From contig NW_024704742.1 of NCBI RefSeq assembly GCF_018977255.1, positions 67,086,001 through 67,150,000 of the forward strand: DNA of 64,000 nt, read 5' to 3'. Below, piece after piece: positions 40,797 through 54,499 of the stretch. The translations under genes and the position numbers were made by a program. Every line of letters begins with the position of its first letter. The first letter of the stretch is position 1. The DNA is from Callorhinchus milii (Eukaryota). The notes beneath the pieces are model-generated. The model ran no database searches, had not been told where the DNA came from, and was given only the letters and a program-made list of their open reading frames with translations.

Positions 40797-40900
40797 CGAT
40801 GTTCTGACGAAAGGTCATTGACCTGAAATGTAACCCACTTTCCTCTCTCCATACATGCTGCCTGATCTGCTGGATGTTTGAGCAACTTCTGTTTTTATTT
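40797..40900 (+). mobile_element. Penelope-like pseudo-LTR remnant with a decayed minimal hammerhead core
   Basis: CTGACGA + AGGTCA-T-TGACCT hairpin + GAAA, followed by tcctctctccatacatgctgcctgatctgctg...ttctgtttttattt. Confidence 0.7.
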
Positions 40901-41171
40901 AACCTCCTAAATAAAAATGATTATTCACTTCATGCCTGTTTGGAGGAATTGCTGTTCAAAAATTAGCTGCTGATTCACCCACACAATATACAGCTATAAC
41001 ATTTTACAATATATCCTGTGAGGCGCTTTGAGAATTAGAGGTGTAGTGACCGTAGGCTCGCCCACCACTAAGGGGCTGGGGGACATGAAGGAGCCACAGT
41101 TACACCTTTGGAAGGAGCGAGCAGAGGAATGGGGTAGGAGGAGATCAGAAAGATAGGGTGGTGCTCATGCA

Positions 41172-41478
41172 TAATAATATAATAATTCTTGCATTTGATA
41201 TAGCGTCTTATCACATCATTGAGACGTCTCAAAGCGCCTCACAGGATATACTGTAAAGTGGATTTACTGTATATTTTGTGGGTGAACACGGCATCTAATT
41301 GCGCACAGGAGTGTTTCACACTGTCCCAGCACTGTCCCAGCATTGAGTGACCACATATTTTTTTGAGGGATTATTACCCCTGGAAAACAATCCACCAATC
41401 GACTAACACCTGGGTTCCTACTTACTGCTAGATAAACAGAGATATGTGGAGTAAGGAAATTTTCCTAAGGTTTTGCTG
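41172..41478 (-). mobile_element. Long-form SINE lacking its head
   Basis: Reverse-complement match to body and tail; internal actgtcccagc duplication. Confidence 0.85.
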
Positions 41479-43684
41479 CAAGGGATGAAGGACATGAAAG
41501 GATTTATAGGTGAGGATGAGGACCTTAAAGTCAAGACACAGGTTGGCAAGACCTATGCTTGGGGAACCCTAGAGCGTGCACTGGAAGTAACTTCTGAAGT
41601 TTAACCAGCTAAAACCGTGCAGCTTGCCATTGTGAACATTGGCAATCTTCCCGCTGCTTGTCTAGCTAGGACCACCCTAACTAGCAGGGCTTTGGCTTGC
41701 TGTATTTACAGGAACTGAGTGGCCCACAGGAAATTATTGTTCAACTATGTCGGCTGCGTCTTCTCACACTGGGCAACTCACGCTGAGCACAGTATTAGTG
41801 TCACAGTGAATTGTGGTGCAGTGAGTTAGATACCCTGTGGGAATGTAGTCATGGTACTGGGTTTACCACTGACTCTGTGAGTTAATGGTCTCAAAACTGA
41901 TGTTGAGGAAAAGATAAGTTTGATTATGAGGCAAAATTCAACACCACATCGGAGGAAACTCAAGTGAAAATGGAACATAGTCACAGCAAAACCCTAAGAA
42001 CCTGGCATTTTCAGTATAGAATGAAGTCAAATTAATATAGCTTCAACCAAATACTGCAAAGCTTTTATAAAAGTAATACTTGTATTTAATACAGCGCCTT
42101 TCATGCTGGGAGGACATCTCAAAACGCTTCACAAGATTTATGTGCTTGGAGACAAAATAGGCAGTCAGTTTTGCTCATGGCAATGCCCCACAAACAGCCA
42201 TGAAATGAGTGACCAATTTTATCTGTTGGGATTGTTTGCCAAGATACTGGGAGAAACTCTCTTCTCTTTTACTCCGCTCTCCCATCAGCCTCTGTGCTTC
42301 AGGCCACCAAGCCCCAAACCTCTACAATTCTCTGCTCAACCCCTCTGCTTGCCCCCATGTTGCCCATCTTCAGATCGTATATGAACACCTTCCTCTTTGA
42401 CCATGCCTACGGTCACCTCCCCTCTCTACCGGCTCAGCATGAAAGGCCCTGTATAAATTCAAGTAGCTGTTGTTGTACCACACTGCACCTCAAACTCTTT
42501 ACCCTTCAGCAAGTAGCACTGTTGCCATCCTTCCTGTATTTGAGGCTTATCGACACTGCTGTGCGCAATTGGCTGCCGTGTTTCACTGACAAAATACAGT
42601 CAATTCACTTTACAATATATTCTGTGAAGCGCTTTGAAACGTCTCAAAGTGATAAGGTGCATACATCAAATGTATACAAAAAAGGAATAGTACTATTATG
42701 AAAAGCAGAGGTGAGCTCTTCATCACTGAGATATGTTTGCCCAAAATGTTAACTAAGCCTCAAATAAGGGATCAGCTCTTTAAGATGGGTTTTACAACTC
42801 ATCTTTTACACCTGAATGACAGCAGATGGAGTTCGTCTCTCAGCACCTCTCGCAAAAGGTTTTGGCAAAAATATTAAACAGGAATAAGTAGCGGTTGGAC
42901 TAATAATGCCAGCCATCTAATATCATCAAGGGAAGAGTTGCCAAGGGTGGGAGGAACAGGCCGGATATACAGCTGTAGAATTAATTCTCATCAACTTTAC
43001 ACAAATGAAAAATAACAAGTCCTCTGTCCAAACATAGGGAAAGGATGAAGCTTTTGCATTTTAGTAGCAGCCTGATAAAGTTAGCAACAATAATAATAAT
43101 CCTTGCATTAGATACCGTGCTTTTTGCACTCAAAGGCCTAGATTGACACTCCAGTGCAGTGCTGGGATAGTGTTGCATTGTTGGAAGTGCTATCCTTTGG
43201 ATGAGACATCAAACCAAGGTCCCATTTAGGTGTTTGTTAAAGATCCCATGCCACGATTTGAACAGAGAAGGAAATTTCTCCTGTTGTCTGGACCAACAAG
43301 CCCCATTGGTTACTGACTTTATGGCTGCTTGTGAGACATTGCTGTGCACAAATTTGCCAACAAATACACAGTAATCACACTTTATAGTAAAATCCTATGA
43401 AGCGCTTTGAAACATCTTTTCAATGTGAAAGGCACTGTATTGAACCCAAGGATTATTTTATAACATGAAAACACCTCAAAGCGCTTCACAGGGAATTACT
43501 GTCAAGTATAGTGATCGGTGGGAGTTTCTCCAGGTGTCCTGGCCAACATTCCCGATTGATCATTTTATTTGTGGTTGTTAGTGGAATGTTTCTGCAGCGA
43601 ATTGACTACTGCGTCCGCTTACAAAATACGCAGTCACTACACTTTTCAGTAAATTCTTCGAAGTGCTTTGAGACATCCTTGCTT

Positions 43685-44056
43685 TCAATGCCCTCCATAG
43701 CCTTGCTCCCCCACACCCCTGTGACCCGCAAATGCAATATCATCCTGTCTGCTCCTTCTGCTCAGGCTTTTCTACGTCCCCTGCCCACCATTGATGGTCA
43801 GCCCTTCGTCTCTCTGCTTCCACCCTTTGGAACTATCCCGCAGTCCCTTCGTCTCGCTCTCTCTCTTGCCTCCTTCAAGGCCCATGTCAAGGCTCTCTTT
43901 GACTTTGCCTTTGGTCACCCTCCTACCCCGACCCTTCCTACCTGCCAATCCTCCTGATCCCAACCCCCAGCTCAGGGCCAAATCCTTGACTGTCCAGCAC
44001 CATGGGATGTCCTCCCAATGTGAAAGGTGCTATATCAATTGCAAAGAATATTATTA
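43685..44056 (+). mobile_element. L2 3' fragment
   Basis: Similar to 9320-9750 and to the reverse complement of 5809-6065. Confidence 0.75.
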
Positions 44057-44289
44057 AAGGGTACCATAGTCTCCCAGTGCAGCTTCCATTTCCACTTACA
44101 GAGCAGCACTGTTACTGCACTGTTTGTCCGCTTCTGCTGTAGTGTGAGCTGGAATGCTAAATTGCCATTGCTGGGATATTAAGGAGTAAACTTTGTCCAA
44201 TATCAATGGAAAGGAAAGCTTCCAGTCAGCATCGGAGCATGATGGGCTGAATGGCTTCCTTCTATGCTGTATGAACAGGCACCTATTGT

Positions 44290-45015
44290 TTGTCTGGGTT
44301 CGATTCCCAGTCAGGGCAAAACCTTAGGCAAGTTTCCTTACTCCACATGTCTCTGTTCACCCAACGGTAAGTAGAAACCCGATTTTTAGTCAATTGGTGG
44401 ATCATTTTCCGGGGATAATAATCCCTCCAAAAAACCATGTGGTCACTCAATCCACTAATCTTTATGGGATGAGTGTGCACGGCCACTGATGGTAGAGTGG
44501 AGGGAGTGAGAAAACAGAAGAGAGTTTCTCCCGATATCCTGGCCAAGAATCCCGACAGATAAAAATTGGTCACTCACATGGCTGTTTATGGGGCATTTCC
44601 GTGAGCAAGACTGATTCTATTGGTTGTCCAAACCTCTCTTGTGAGCTTCATTCATCTCCAAGTACCCTATAAATCCTGTGAAGTGCTTTGAGATATCGTC
44701 CGAGCATGAAAGATGCTGTATCAAATACAAGTATTATTATTATTTACCTAGCAGTAAGTAGGAACCTGGTTGTTAGTCAATTGGCGGATCGCTTTTCCAG
44801 GGGCATTAATCCCTTCAAATAAATAAAATAATAATTTGGTCACTCAATCCACAACTGTTTGTGGGACACTGCTGTGTACAATTGGTTGCCGCGTTTCATC
44901 CACAAAATATACAGTCAATCCACTTTACAGTATATTCTGTGAAGCGATTTGAGACTTCTCAAAGACGAGATAAAGCGCTATATCAAATGTAGGGATTATA
45001 TATACTATATATTAT
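44290..45015. mobile_element. Cluster of SINE fragments in both orientations
   Basis: + 44295-44455, - 44515-44742 and + 44743-45005. Confidence 0.75.
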
Positions 45016-45199
45016 TATCCTTTAATTACTGTCGTCTCTACTCCAAACTGATTATGGAAGCTAAGATGCAACCAAAGACTCTCACAAACTGAGCTATGGT
45101 TTGCTGCCCGGCTACTCACATACTCTGAGGACCCAATAAAGTGGAGAACGATCCACGTTTGAGACTATCTTGACAGGTCTCTTTTGCAGAAGGCACATA

Positions 45200-45455
45200 T
45201 TTAAGATAATTTGCAAAAGAACCACCAGGAGATGAGGAGAAATGGTTTTACCCGATCTGGAATGCATTACACCTGAAAGAGTGGTGGAAACAGATTCGAT
45301 AGTAACTTTCAAAAGGAAATTGGATATATAAAAATGAAAAAAATGAGGGCTATGGGATAAGAGCGGTGGAATAGGATTAGTTGGTAGCTCTTTCAAAGAG
45401 TGGGCAAAGGCACGATGAGCCGAATGGTCTTCTTCTGTGATGTAAGATTCTATGA
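45200..45455 (+). mobile_element. CR1 3' end
   Basis: ctggaatgcattacacctgaaagagtggtgg...gaatggtcttcttctgtgatgtaagattctatgagt tail. Confidence 0.75.
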
Positions 45456-46334
45456 GTCTTTCTGAATCAATATTCAGGAGGCATCCACTTTAATGGATGT
45501 CTCTGTGAAAATGTGGTGATGAGCTCTGTTGGGTCGCACTCACGGGAACGTATGAATCTCACGATGATGCAAGGTCACTGCTAACACATACTGTACCATC
45601 AGGAATAACACCCGTGCCTCTTCTCCCACGCAAACCTAAACAGTTTCATCTTTAACACCAAGGTGACTGTTCACAAGATCACAAGAGAGGTTTGGACAAC
45701 CAATAGAACAAGAGGACATAGGTTTGGAGTTGTAAAAGATATTTCAGGAGGGAATGGTAGGGTGGGTATTCTGAGGGATGAGATTGGATGCGCCAAAGGG
45801 TCTTCTTTATCCAAACCAATTTGGGATGTTGTGACCAAGGCCCTTTAGCCTATTTGATCTCAGAACGCTCACCCCACCACAGCACCTCAGTCACACCATT
45901 GACTTGTCTTATTATTAACTTGTCTCTTAAATGAGACCAGTGTTCTGGTCTCTATCACACTTCCTAGTAATCTGTTCTCAGCTGTCAATGACCCTATGGT
46001 TGCAAGTTTAGCATTAATAGCCGATTCCCTTAAATGTTCTCAATCAGTCCATTTGAAAGGCCAATTACTTTTAATTCCATCCTTTAGATGAGATGTTAAA
46101 CTGAGGTCCCACCTGCTTGTTCAGGTGGGCATTACAAACCCCATGGCACCACTCGAAAAGGAAAGGAAGTTTCTCCCAGTGTCCTGGTCAACAATGACAT
46201 TGTTGTCCACAAATTGGCTGCCATGTTCCCTTACAAAAAAGACAGAGGGACACTGCACTTTACAATAAATCCTGTGAAGGATTTGAGACTTTGACAGTTC
46301 CTACTGATATGATACATCAAATGCAAGAATTATA

Positions 46335-46694
46335 ATGATAATAATAAGAAAGCTTGCATTTGATATACGCCTTATCATGTCATTGAGACGTCTCAAAACA
46401 TTTCACAGGATATATTGTAAAGTGGATTGACTATATTTCGTGGGCAAAACGTGGCAGCCAATTGCACACAGCCGTGTCCCACAACGAGTCAACGAGTTAC
46501 CACTTTTTTTTTAGGGGATTATTACCATTGGAAAGCGATCTACCAATTAACTAACAACTGAGTTCCTACTTATTGCTAGATAAACAGAGGCACGTGGAGA
46601 AGGAAAGTTGCCTAAGATTTTGCCTAGGCCAAGATCGGTCTTGGGTCTTCTCGCTTGTGAGGCAAGATGCTAACCACTAAGCTACAGGACTCCA
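46335..46694 (-). mobile_element. Long-form SINE
   Basis: Ends gctacaggactcca, the reverse complement of the head. Confidence 0.88.
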
Positions 46695-47744
46695 GTAGCT
46701 ACAGATGATGAAGCTACAGTAAATGATGGAGTCAAAGGACCCTCTGCAATCTTCAAATTATTTTTCTCCACCAATTTCCGAGACAGCTGCCCTTCGTAAT
46801 CCTATGCATTTAGTTCGCAGTTGACGTCAGCTGCTCAGAAGTGACTAACATATTCCTCACCCTGATAAATATTGAATAGGCCGTTTACAATTCTATTGAT
46901 TTTAATGAAAAACATCTGCCGGCTGATTCATAAAACATGCTCTGGGCTGACAGATGCTCCGCTATTCTGCAGATCTGATGTTAAGGTAATGGCCAAGACC
47001 CGACACAAGAAAGATGTGGATTCACTCCTTCCATCTTGTGCCACAAGTTACTGTGAAACAGATGAGGTGTGAAAGTACACAGTAGCAATTTTGGTCCCAA
47101 TACGCTCCTCACAAGCCTGATCCAAGCTAGAAGGAAAACTGTGTCCTGACATTACCAAGTGTTGCAGCACTCAATTTATGTCAGTGCTGTTCACCCCTCA
47201 GAAATAGGGACCTTTTAATAGTAATAATCCTTACATTTATCTAGTGCCTTTGAACATCAGGAGGTCGCCAATTTATACACAGCACTGTCTCATAAACAAC
47301 CGTGACGTGAATGATTGATTTTATCTGGGGATTGTTGGCCGAGACATTAGGAGAAACCTCTTTCTCTTTCTGGGTAGTGCCATGGGATCTTTAATGTCCA
47401 CCAAAACAGGCAGATAGGACCTTGGTTTAATGTCTTATCCGAAGGACAGCACCTCCGACAATACAGTGCACCCCCAGCACTGTACTGGAGTGTTAGCATG
47501 GAAGCTGCTGCGGGGAGAACTTGTGGGTTAGCATGATGCATGTCCACTTCCCACCACCAGTCTCTGTTGGAGACCCTTAGCAGTCTCAAAGTGCATATGC
47601 AAAGACCCACACAAAATAAACAATCTTTGGCATCCATCTGAACTACCAGAAGAGGAAGACGGCACCTCGTTTAACATCTCGTCCGAAGGACACAAAGTTT
47701 GCAAACCTGCGATAATTTCATTCTGCTAATCTTCATTGAACTTG

Positions 47745-48130
47745 TGACCAGCGGGTCCTCCCAAGCTGAGCAACCCTCAAATGCTCTGTAATTCTAATAT
47801 ATTTGCTCACTATCTTCAGTGTACTGATCTCAGGAGGCCAATTCCTGAGCCTGGCAGGTCCACAGCACTCCAACGAACTGCTGATTACAGACCAGCCAGC
47901 CTTGAAGGCACAGACTAAGGCAGGTCACTCGCAGCAGGGATTGTTCCCACTTAGCTCCTGTTATCCCTGCAAACCAAAGCCCTAAGTAGCAGGAAGCTTA
48001 TCACAAGACACTGCTTTCAATGGCAAGCTATGCAGTTTTAGCTGGTTAAACTCCAGCAGTACCCCAACACATACGCTAGAGTCTCTGAGTTTGCTAACTT
48101 GCACCTAATACTCTCCGTGAGGTTGGGTGG
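47745..48130 (+). repeat. Family X fragment
   Basis: Aligns to the reverse complement of 28868-29240. Confidence 0.7.
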
Positions 48131-51100
48131 GGGGAATTGGGGGAAAAAATAATCTCCTGTACAATTAGTCATGACACTTGCCTGTTGCTACCCTCTAGTG
48201 GTGATATGATGATACATCAATTTCAATTGTTTTTTGCTCAGGTGGGTGTCTGACATGCACGGAGATCTTGCCAGTCTCCCTAGCTCCAAACTAATCAAAA
48301 ACTCTTCCACCTGCATCCTCACCCACACCTCGCTCTGCATGCCCGTCAGCTTGCCAGGCTCCAAGTGGATTGATTTTAAGGTTCTCACCCTCACCTATAA
48401 ATCCCTCCATGCCCTAGCACCTCCCAACCTCTGTTATCTTCTCCTACCCCACTCCTGTTCACTCCACCCACTTGCCGAATTTGGGCTTTCTGCAAGCCCC
48501 CCGCTCTCTCTCTACCTAGTGTTCCTAACCTCTGGAATTCCCCTGTCTTGCCCCCTCTCCAGCTGTCTCTAAATTGTGCATTAAAATCTACCTCTTTAAC
48601 TGAGCCTGGGATGAGAAAGATGATATATAAATGCAAGGATTATTATTATTACATTCTATTTGCCTGCGTCTAACCCTGTCTGCCTGCTATACACTCTGTT
48701 TGAACCTATCTGCTTCCATTTGAGCAGGATGGTTCCTTACTGTTACCATGGAGACACAATTATCAGTGTTTGTTACCAAAGTATCATTTTTGATAATTCA
48801 GTAGGATCTCAATCTGTCAATATATTATAAATAAGAACCAGAATACTGTACTGCCAGAATTTACATGAATGGGCCTGGAGCTCAGGCACAGAGTCCAGGA
48901 GAACAAACACAGTCGCTGAATAATAATAATCCTTACAGAATGAGACTTGAAACCGAGGCTCCATCTGCCTATCCACGTGGAGAGTTAAAGATCCCATGGC
49001 ACTATTTGGAAGGGAAGGGAATTTCTCCAAGAGTCGTGGCCAACAATCCCTCAGATATAATTGGTCACTCTATGGCTGTTGGTGAGACATTGCTGTGCGC
49101 AAATTGGTTGCCATGTTTGCCCACAGAATACACAGAGTCACTCCACTTTATACTATATCCTATGAAGCGCTTTGAGACGACGTGATAAGGCCCTGTATCA
49201 AACGCAAGTTTATTGTAGTATTATAATCTTTGAGAGCAAATCTGGCCTTTAGCAGTCAGTGCTTCACACAACAACTTATCTATATGTATATCACAATATT
49301 AGGTATGGTTGTGCTATAATAATTCTCTAGGTCCTTTTATAGCCATGAATCATAGCTTGTAACTTCACAAAGGGGATTGTAATTGTAGTCAGATGTGTAA
49401 AAGAAGGTAAACACATACATTTTTTGAGGGAAAATGCATTTGGCTGTTTTGAGCTATTACTGTAATACGGACATGTGGATGCATTTTTTCACACGGTTCA
49501 AAGGAGTTGTACAGCACGGCAATTACACAGTGTGGTGGATTTGAAACCTTCTCCCACCGATGGAGTTATTCGCTGGTTTCAATTACTAAAAGAACACACC
49601 AAAGTAAGAAACGAGAGAGGAAGAAAACAATTCAGCCTTACACCCCGAGTTTTACAACAGCACACGCACTATAGGATTGAGCCACGGTCAGTGTCATGCG
49701 AGTGATCTTTGGTGACTCATTGAATGCTGAACGGAATGTTTACCCCTACGCACCAAGTGTGGTACTGGGGTGAGTGCTGCATTGTCGAAGGTGCCCTATT
49801 TGAGATGAAATATTAAAATCAGTTCCACACCAGGCTGTCCCTCATGTGTGGGCGTTAAAGACCCCTTGGTATTGATCGAAAAGTAAAGGGACTTTCTCTC
49901 TCCCTGTGTCCTGGAGAACAATCCCCCAAATAAAAATGTGGTCATTCACTTTGTGGCTGTTTGTAGGAAATTGCTGTGTAGAAATTGGCGCCCACGTTCG
50001 CTTACAAAAATGCAGTCACTACATTTTACAGTGAATCCTGTGAAGCACTTTGAGATGTCCTCCCAACGACTTGAGTTATATCAAAGGTGGCGGTTGAAAA
50101 TATTGTGGGAGGGGCTGAGTAAAGCTTAATTATAGGGTCGCTCCCTTTTAGAAAGGCAAGCCGCTGGCTTGACTGAGAAGGTTCTCAGACAATCAGAAGT
50201 GAGGGTGCCGAGATGAGAGACCCACCCGATGGAAATGGGTGGGTGCCAATCACAGGAGAGGGGCCAGTGGTGGCCACCGGTGCTGTGGATTGGGGCTACC
50301 TGGAGGACTATCTGTGGTCTTCCTCAGGGCTTTCCCCTCCCAGCTCCCCTTAAAGAGGTGACTGAAGATAGATTGGGGAGGGGGGGCTGAGCTAGGCCTA
50401 GTCACCCGCTGCTTATGATCAAATACAAGTATTATTACTATTATTTAAGGAACCATTTTTTAGCCGAGCAAAAATACAGTGGATTCTCACTCAGCAGCGA
50501 GTGTGAAACAGACACTACATTTGACAGTAATTACTACCAAAGCACTTTGAGATGTTTTGATATTTTAGTGTCAAATACAAGGATTATTTTTGATAATGGT
50601 AATCCTTTTTCTATATTATTATTAATAATAATAAACATGGGCAGTTCTAGCTGGGAGAGTGGTGTGAAATCTACTGTGATTATACAACATAATAATAATC
50701 CGCATTTGATATAGCGCTTTTCACGACTTCTAGACGTCTCAAAGTGCTTCACAGAAGGTATATGACATGTTTATCCATCAACACCCCTGCCCTGGTTGTC
50801 CTGTTAATGCCAATTCACTCCTTACCCTGAACAGCTTAATAAGTGCTATTATACTAATGGCTTTTGGATCGCTTGACACTACGGTAAAATGTTTGCTTGC
50901 AGTTTTATATGTTACCACTTTCTTAATGTCTGTATGTTCAAGCCCAATTGCTAGAATTAGAGTTCAGTTTGCTCGTAAATGTTGCCATAAGGAATGAAGC
51001 AGTGTTTGGTAGCTCGAAGGCACAAATGTTTCCCCCACTTTAATCTGGCTGAGTCCTTGCTTTGCAGTGTGATTCCAATAGGTGCTGTGTCCTGCGATTA

Positions 51101-51802
51101 CAGAAATGTACAGCACAGAAGGAGGGGATTCGACCTATCGAGTCTGCGCCAGCTCTCAGCGCAAGAAAGGTGATCTGATCTTTAATAAGCCTATATTTGA
51201 TGTAGCGACTTTCAAATCAGGAGGTCGGTAATGTGGAGTGACTGTGTGTTTTTGTAGGCGAATGTGGCAGATAATTTATACAAAGTGACATCCTGGAGTC
51301 CTGTAGTGTATTGGTTAGATTCCTTTTTAAAAAAATTAGTCACTCAATCCACGACTGTTTGTCGGACACTGCTGTGAGCAATTGGCTGCCATGTTTTGCC
51401 CACAAAATATACAGTCAATTCATTTTACAGTATATTCTGTGAAGCGCTTTGAGACATCTCAAAGATGTTATAAGGCATTGTATCAAAATGCAAAGATTTC
51501 TATATTGTCTGGGGATTAAACACAAAAACCTTTGAGAGTTTCCACAAAATTCTTAGCCTGAAAGATGACATCATTTTTAAAATTTAAGATTGCGCAGTAA
51601 CGTGGAATGTTTTTGAATTTAGCCTTAATGTGAGTTCTTGTTAAAAAAGGGCTATTAAAATGTAAAACAGTATCAGCCTGGCTCAGTTGGTAGCATTCAT
51701 GCCTCTGAATCAGAAATAACCAGTTAAGTGGTTATGAGAGATATTATAGGAGCAATGCCAAGTGTGAAGATTCTTCAGATATCATTATGAAGTGTCAATC
51801 TG

Positions 51803-52016
51803 TGGTCCCCAAGCCTTGGCAACCTGCGCCTAATACTCTCCGGAATTAGGTAAGCAGGATGCACCCCTCCAGGGAGAGAGCGTGCATTCCATTCCTACAA
51901 TCTATCTCTGGGACTTCCATGTGTAGGTGGGATACATGGAATTCTCAATTTGGTTTGGATACTCTTAAGCACGGGGATGGGTTTCCGCATGTGTCACACC
52001 CAGCTGACCAAGAAAA
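51803..52016 (+). repeat. Family X terminal fragment
   Basis: Aligns to 33048-33262 and shares the same end. Confidence 0.78.
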
Positions 52017-52241
52017 TATAAAGTGTCAGTTTCCCTGAATCTCCTCTCACAAAAGAGGCAGCGTTCTCCGATGGGAATGGAAATAAGAATATGTTTTTAA
52101 AACCATTATTAACCTTTCATCAAGTTACTGCACAAAACTTGTGATAATTAACACGTCACTGGTATCTGGATGTGTGACTGACTGGTTGATGTATTAATTT
52201 ATTGACTGGTATCAGGTAATTTCTGATTCAGATGAGACTGC

Positions 52242-52561
52242 TAATAATAATAATAATCCTTGCATTTGATATAGTGCTTTTCACGTCTTCTAGACGTCCC
52301 AAAGCGCTTCACAGAATATACTGCAAAGTGAATTAACTGTATATTTGTGGGCGAAAGCGGCAGCCAATTGCGCACAGCAATGTCCCACAAACAGTCATGG
52401 ATTGAAAATGACCAATTTATTATTGTTTTTTTTTGGAGGGATTATTATTAGGCTCTGTGTGGAGTAAGGAAACTTGCCCAAGGTTTCGCGCTGCCTGGAA
52501 TTGAACTCAGGTCTCTCACTTGCAAAGCAAGTGCTCTAACCACTGAGCTACAGGACTCCAC
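52242..52561 (-). mobile_element. tRNA(Ala)-derived SINE, short form
   Basis: Near-identical to the young copies, but with a TAGAA tail loop. Confidence 0.95.
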
Positions 52562-53134
52562 AGCTACCGATTGAGCTGGACTGACACACATAACTATAGG
52601 CTGATTGCCCTCCTTTTTTGTGGGGAAAACCCCCCTGTATGTTTCAATGTAACGGGAACAGCTAAACATAGCTGCAGAGAGTTGTTATTGAGGGTTGTCC
52701 GTCCACCTTCCATATGGGTTAGAGACACTGCTGTTGAGTAGCCCAAATTATTTTAAGAAACAGCAAGCGGATAAGATCAAAGGAGCGCATATAGCTGAGG
52801 TTGTGACTTATCGGAACCAATGGATGGATGATGTCTAACTCTCTAATGTGTTGTTAATTATTTAGTTTCCTTATTCACTGCAGGCAGTTGCCATAATTAC
52901 TCGCTCGGATTCTGATCTCAGTTGCATTGTATTGATTCCGTGGGGAATTTTAAGTTTCTTTAAACCTGAGTGAAAACAAGATAACTGTTTACTGCGTTCC
53001 TGTGTTTCCTTGCTACACTTCACATTGAGTAAAGAGAATGCCAAAACTTAGTTTTCTTCACCAAAGGTCGAATTCAACTGAGAATGTTCAGACTGGTGCT
53101 GGAAAATAATGATAAAAATAAACAATAATAATGG

Positions 53135-53410
53135 ATGGAGTTCCAAAGAGTGGGGGCAGAGAGGCTGAAAGCCTAACCGCCGATAGTAGGGCGGGTCGGG
53201 CGGGAGACATGGAGCAGGCTGGAGCCTGCTGAACGGAGGGAGTGGACAGGTTGATAGGGGGTCAGCAGGTCAGAGATGTAGGAGAGAGCAAGGCCATGGA
53301 GGGCCTTGAAAGTGAGGACGAGGATTTTGAATTCTATCCTCTGAGGGATGGGGAGCCAGTGGAGTTGGGCGAGTTGGGGGTAATGGGGTCACGGAGCCTG
53401 GTGCGGGAAT
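53135..53410 (-). mobile_element. L2 internal fragment
   Basis: Reverse complement resembles 9230-9490. Confidence 0.8.
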
Positions 53411-54499
53411 GTGACTCAGTGGTGAGAATGCGACCACTGTGCCAGGCTGACTAAAGCGCATTACTGTGTATTTGCAGGCAAACATGGCAGTCACATAGCA
53501 ATGTCCCACAAATGGCCATGAAGTGACCTAATGTTCCCAAGGGCTTCTTTTGTTCAATGGCTCCAAGGCTCCTTAAACCCCTACATGATTCCCAGCTCGA
53601 TGATCCTAACTTGTTCCCAATCTTTGGAGATACAAGCCGCCAGACTCAACCCAGTTCTTTGTGGTTATAGGCTCTTGCACACTAAAAGGCTACCTCGTTC
53701 ATGAGGATTACTGCAAAACACCTCTGATAACAGGTCTGCCTTGTTATTAGGACTTGGAGGGCAAGAATCCACAGGAGTGGAAAGATTCCCTCCCACTCCC
53801 ACTTTTTTGTGCAAACAACAGGCTGTCTGTGAGGGAGCCAAAAGCATCAGAATCACTGTGGTTTTAATAGAACTCACAAAGGTCTTGTTGGATTTGCATG
53901 GTTATGGGCCAGAGCAAAGTAGTCCGTCAGGATTCAGCAAGTTATGTAACTGTCTGTGTAAGTAATATACAAAACATGGGGTGAAAATCACCTCTTTATT
54001 AACAGATTCTAGGTCGGATCTGATGTGCTAATAAACACATCAATTAATATGCGTTGTTTAATGAATTGTTGGCTGGACATTCCATGATGCCTTACAATTC
54101 ACGATTGTGCAAAACTAAGTAAAAATTCTTCAATTCATTCTTGTTTTTGGATGCTGGATGTGTTTGGAAAATCAGCTTCGAAATTAAGACCATTCAGGTG
54201 GACATTAGAGATCCTATTGGAAAAGAGTTTGACCTGATGCCCTGGCCAACAACCCCCCAATTAAAATTGGTCAATCACTTCGTCTCTGTTTGTGGGACAT
54301 TGCTGTGCGCAAATGGACTGCTGCTTTAAATACACAGTCACTACACTTTACAGTAAATCCTGCGAAGCACTTGAAATGTCTCGACAACATGATAAAGCAC
54401 AAATGTAAGATAATCATCTCCCTTCAGTCAGATTTCATACTTGTAGCTCATCTACAGTTTTCAGCAGGAAATTGTAAGATTATGTCTTAATGTGTCGTG

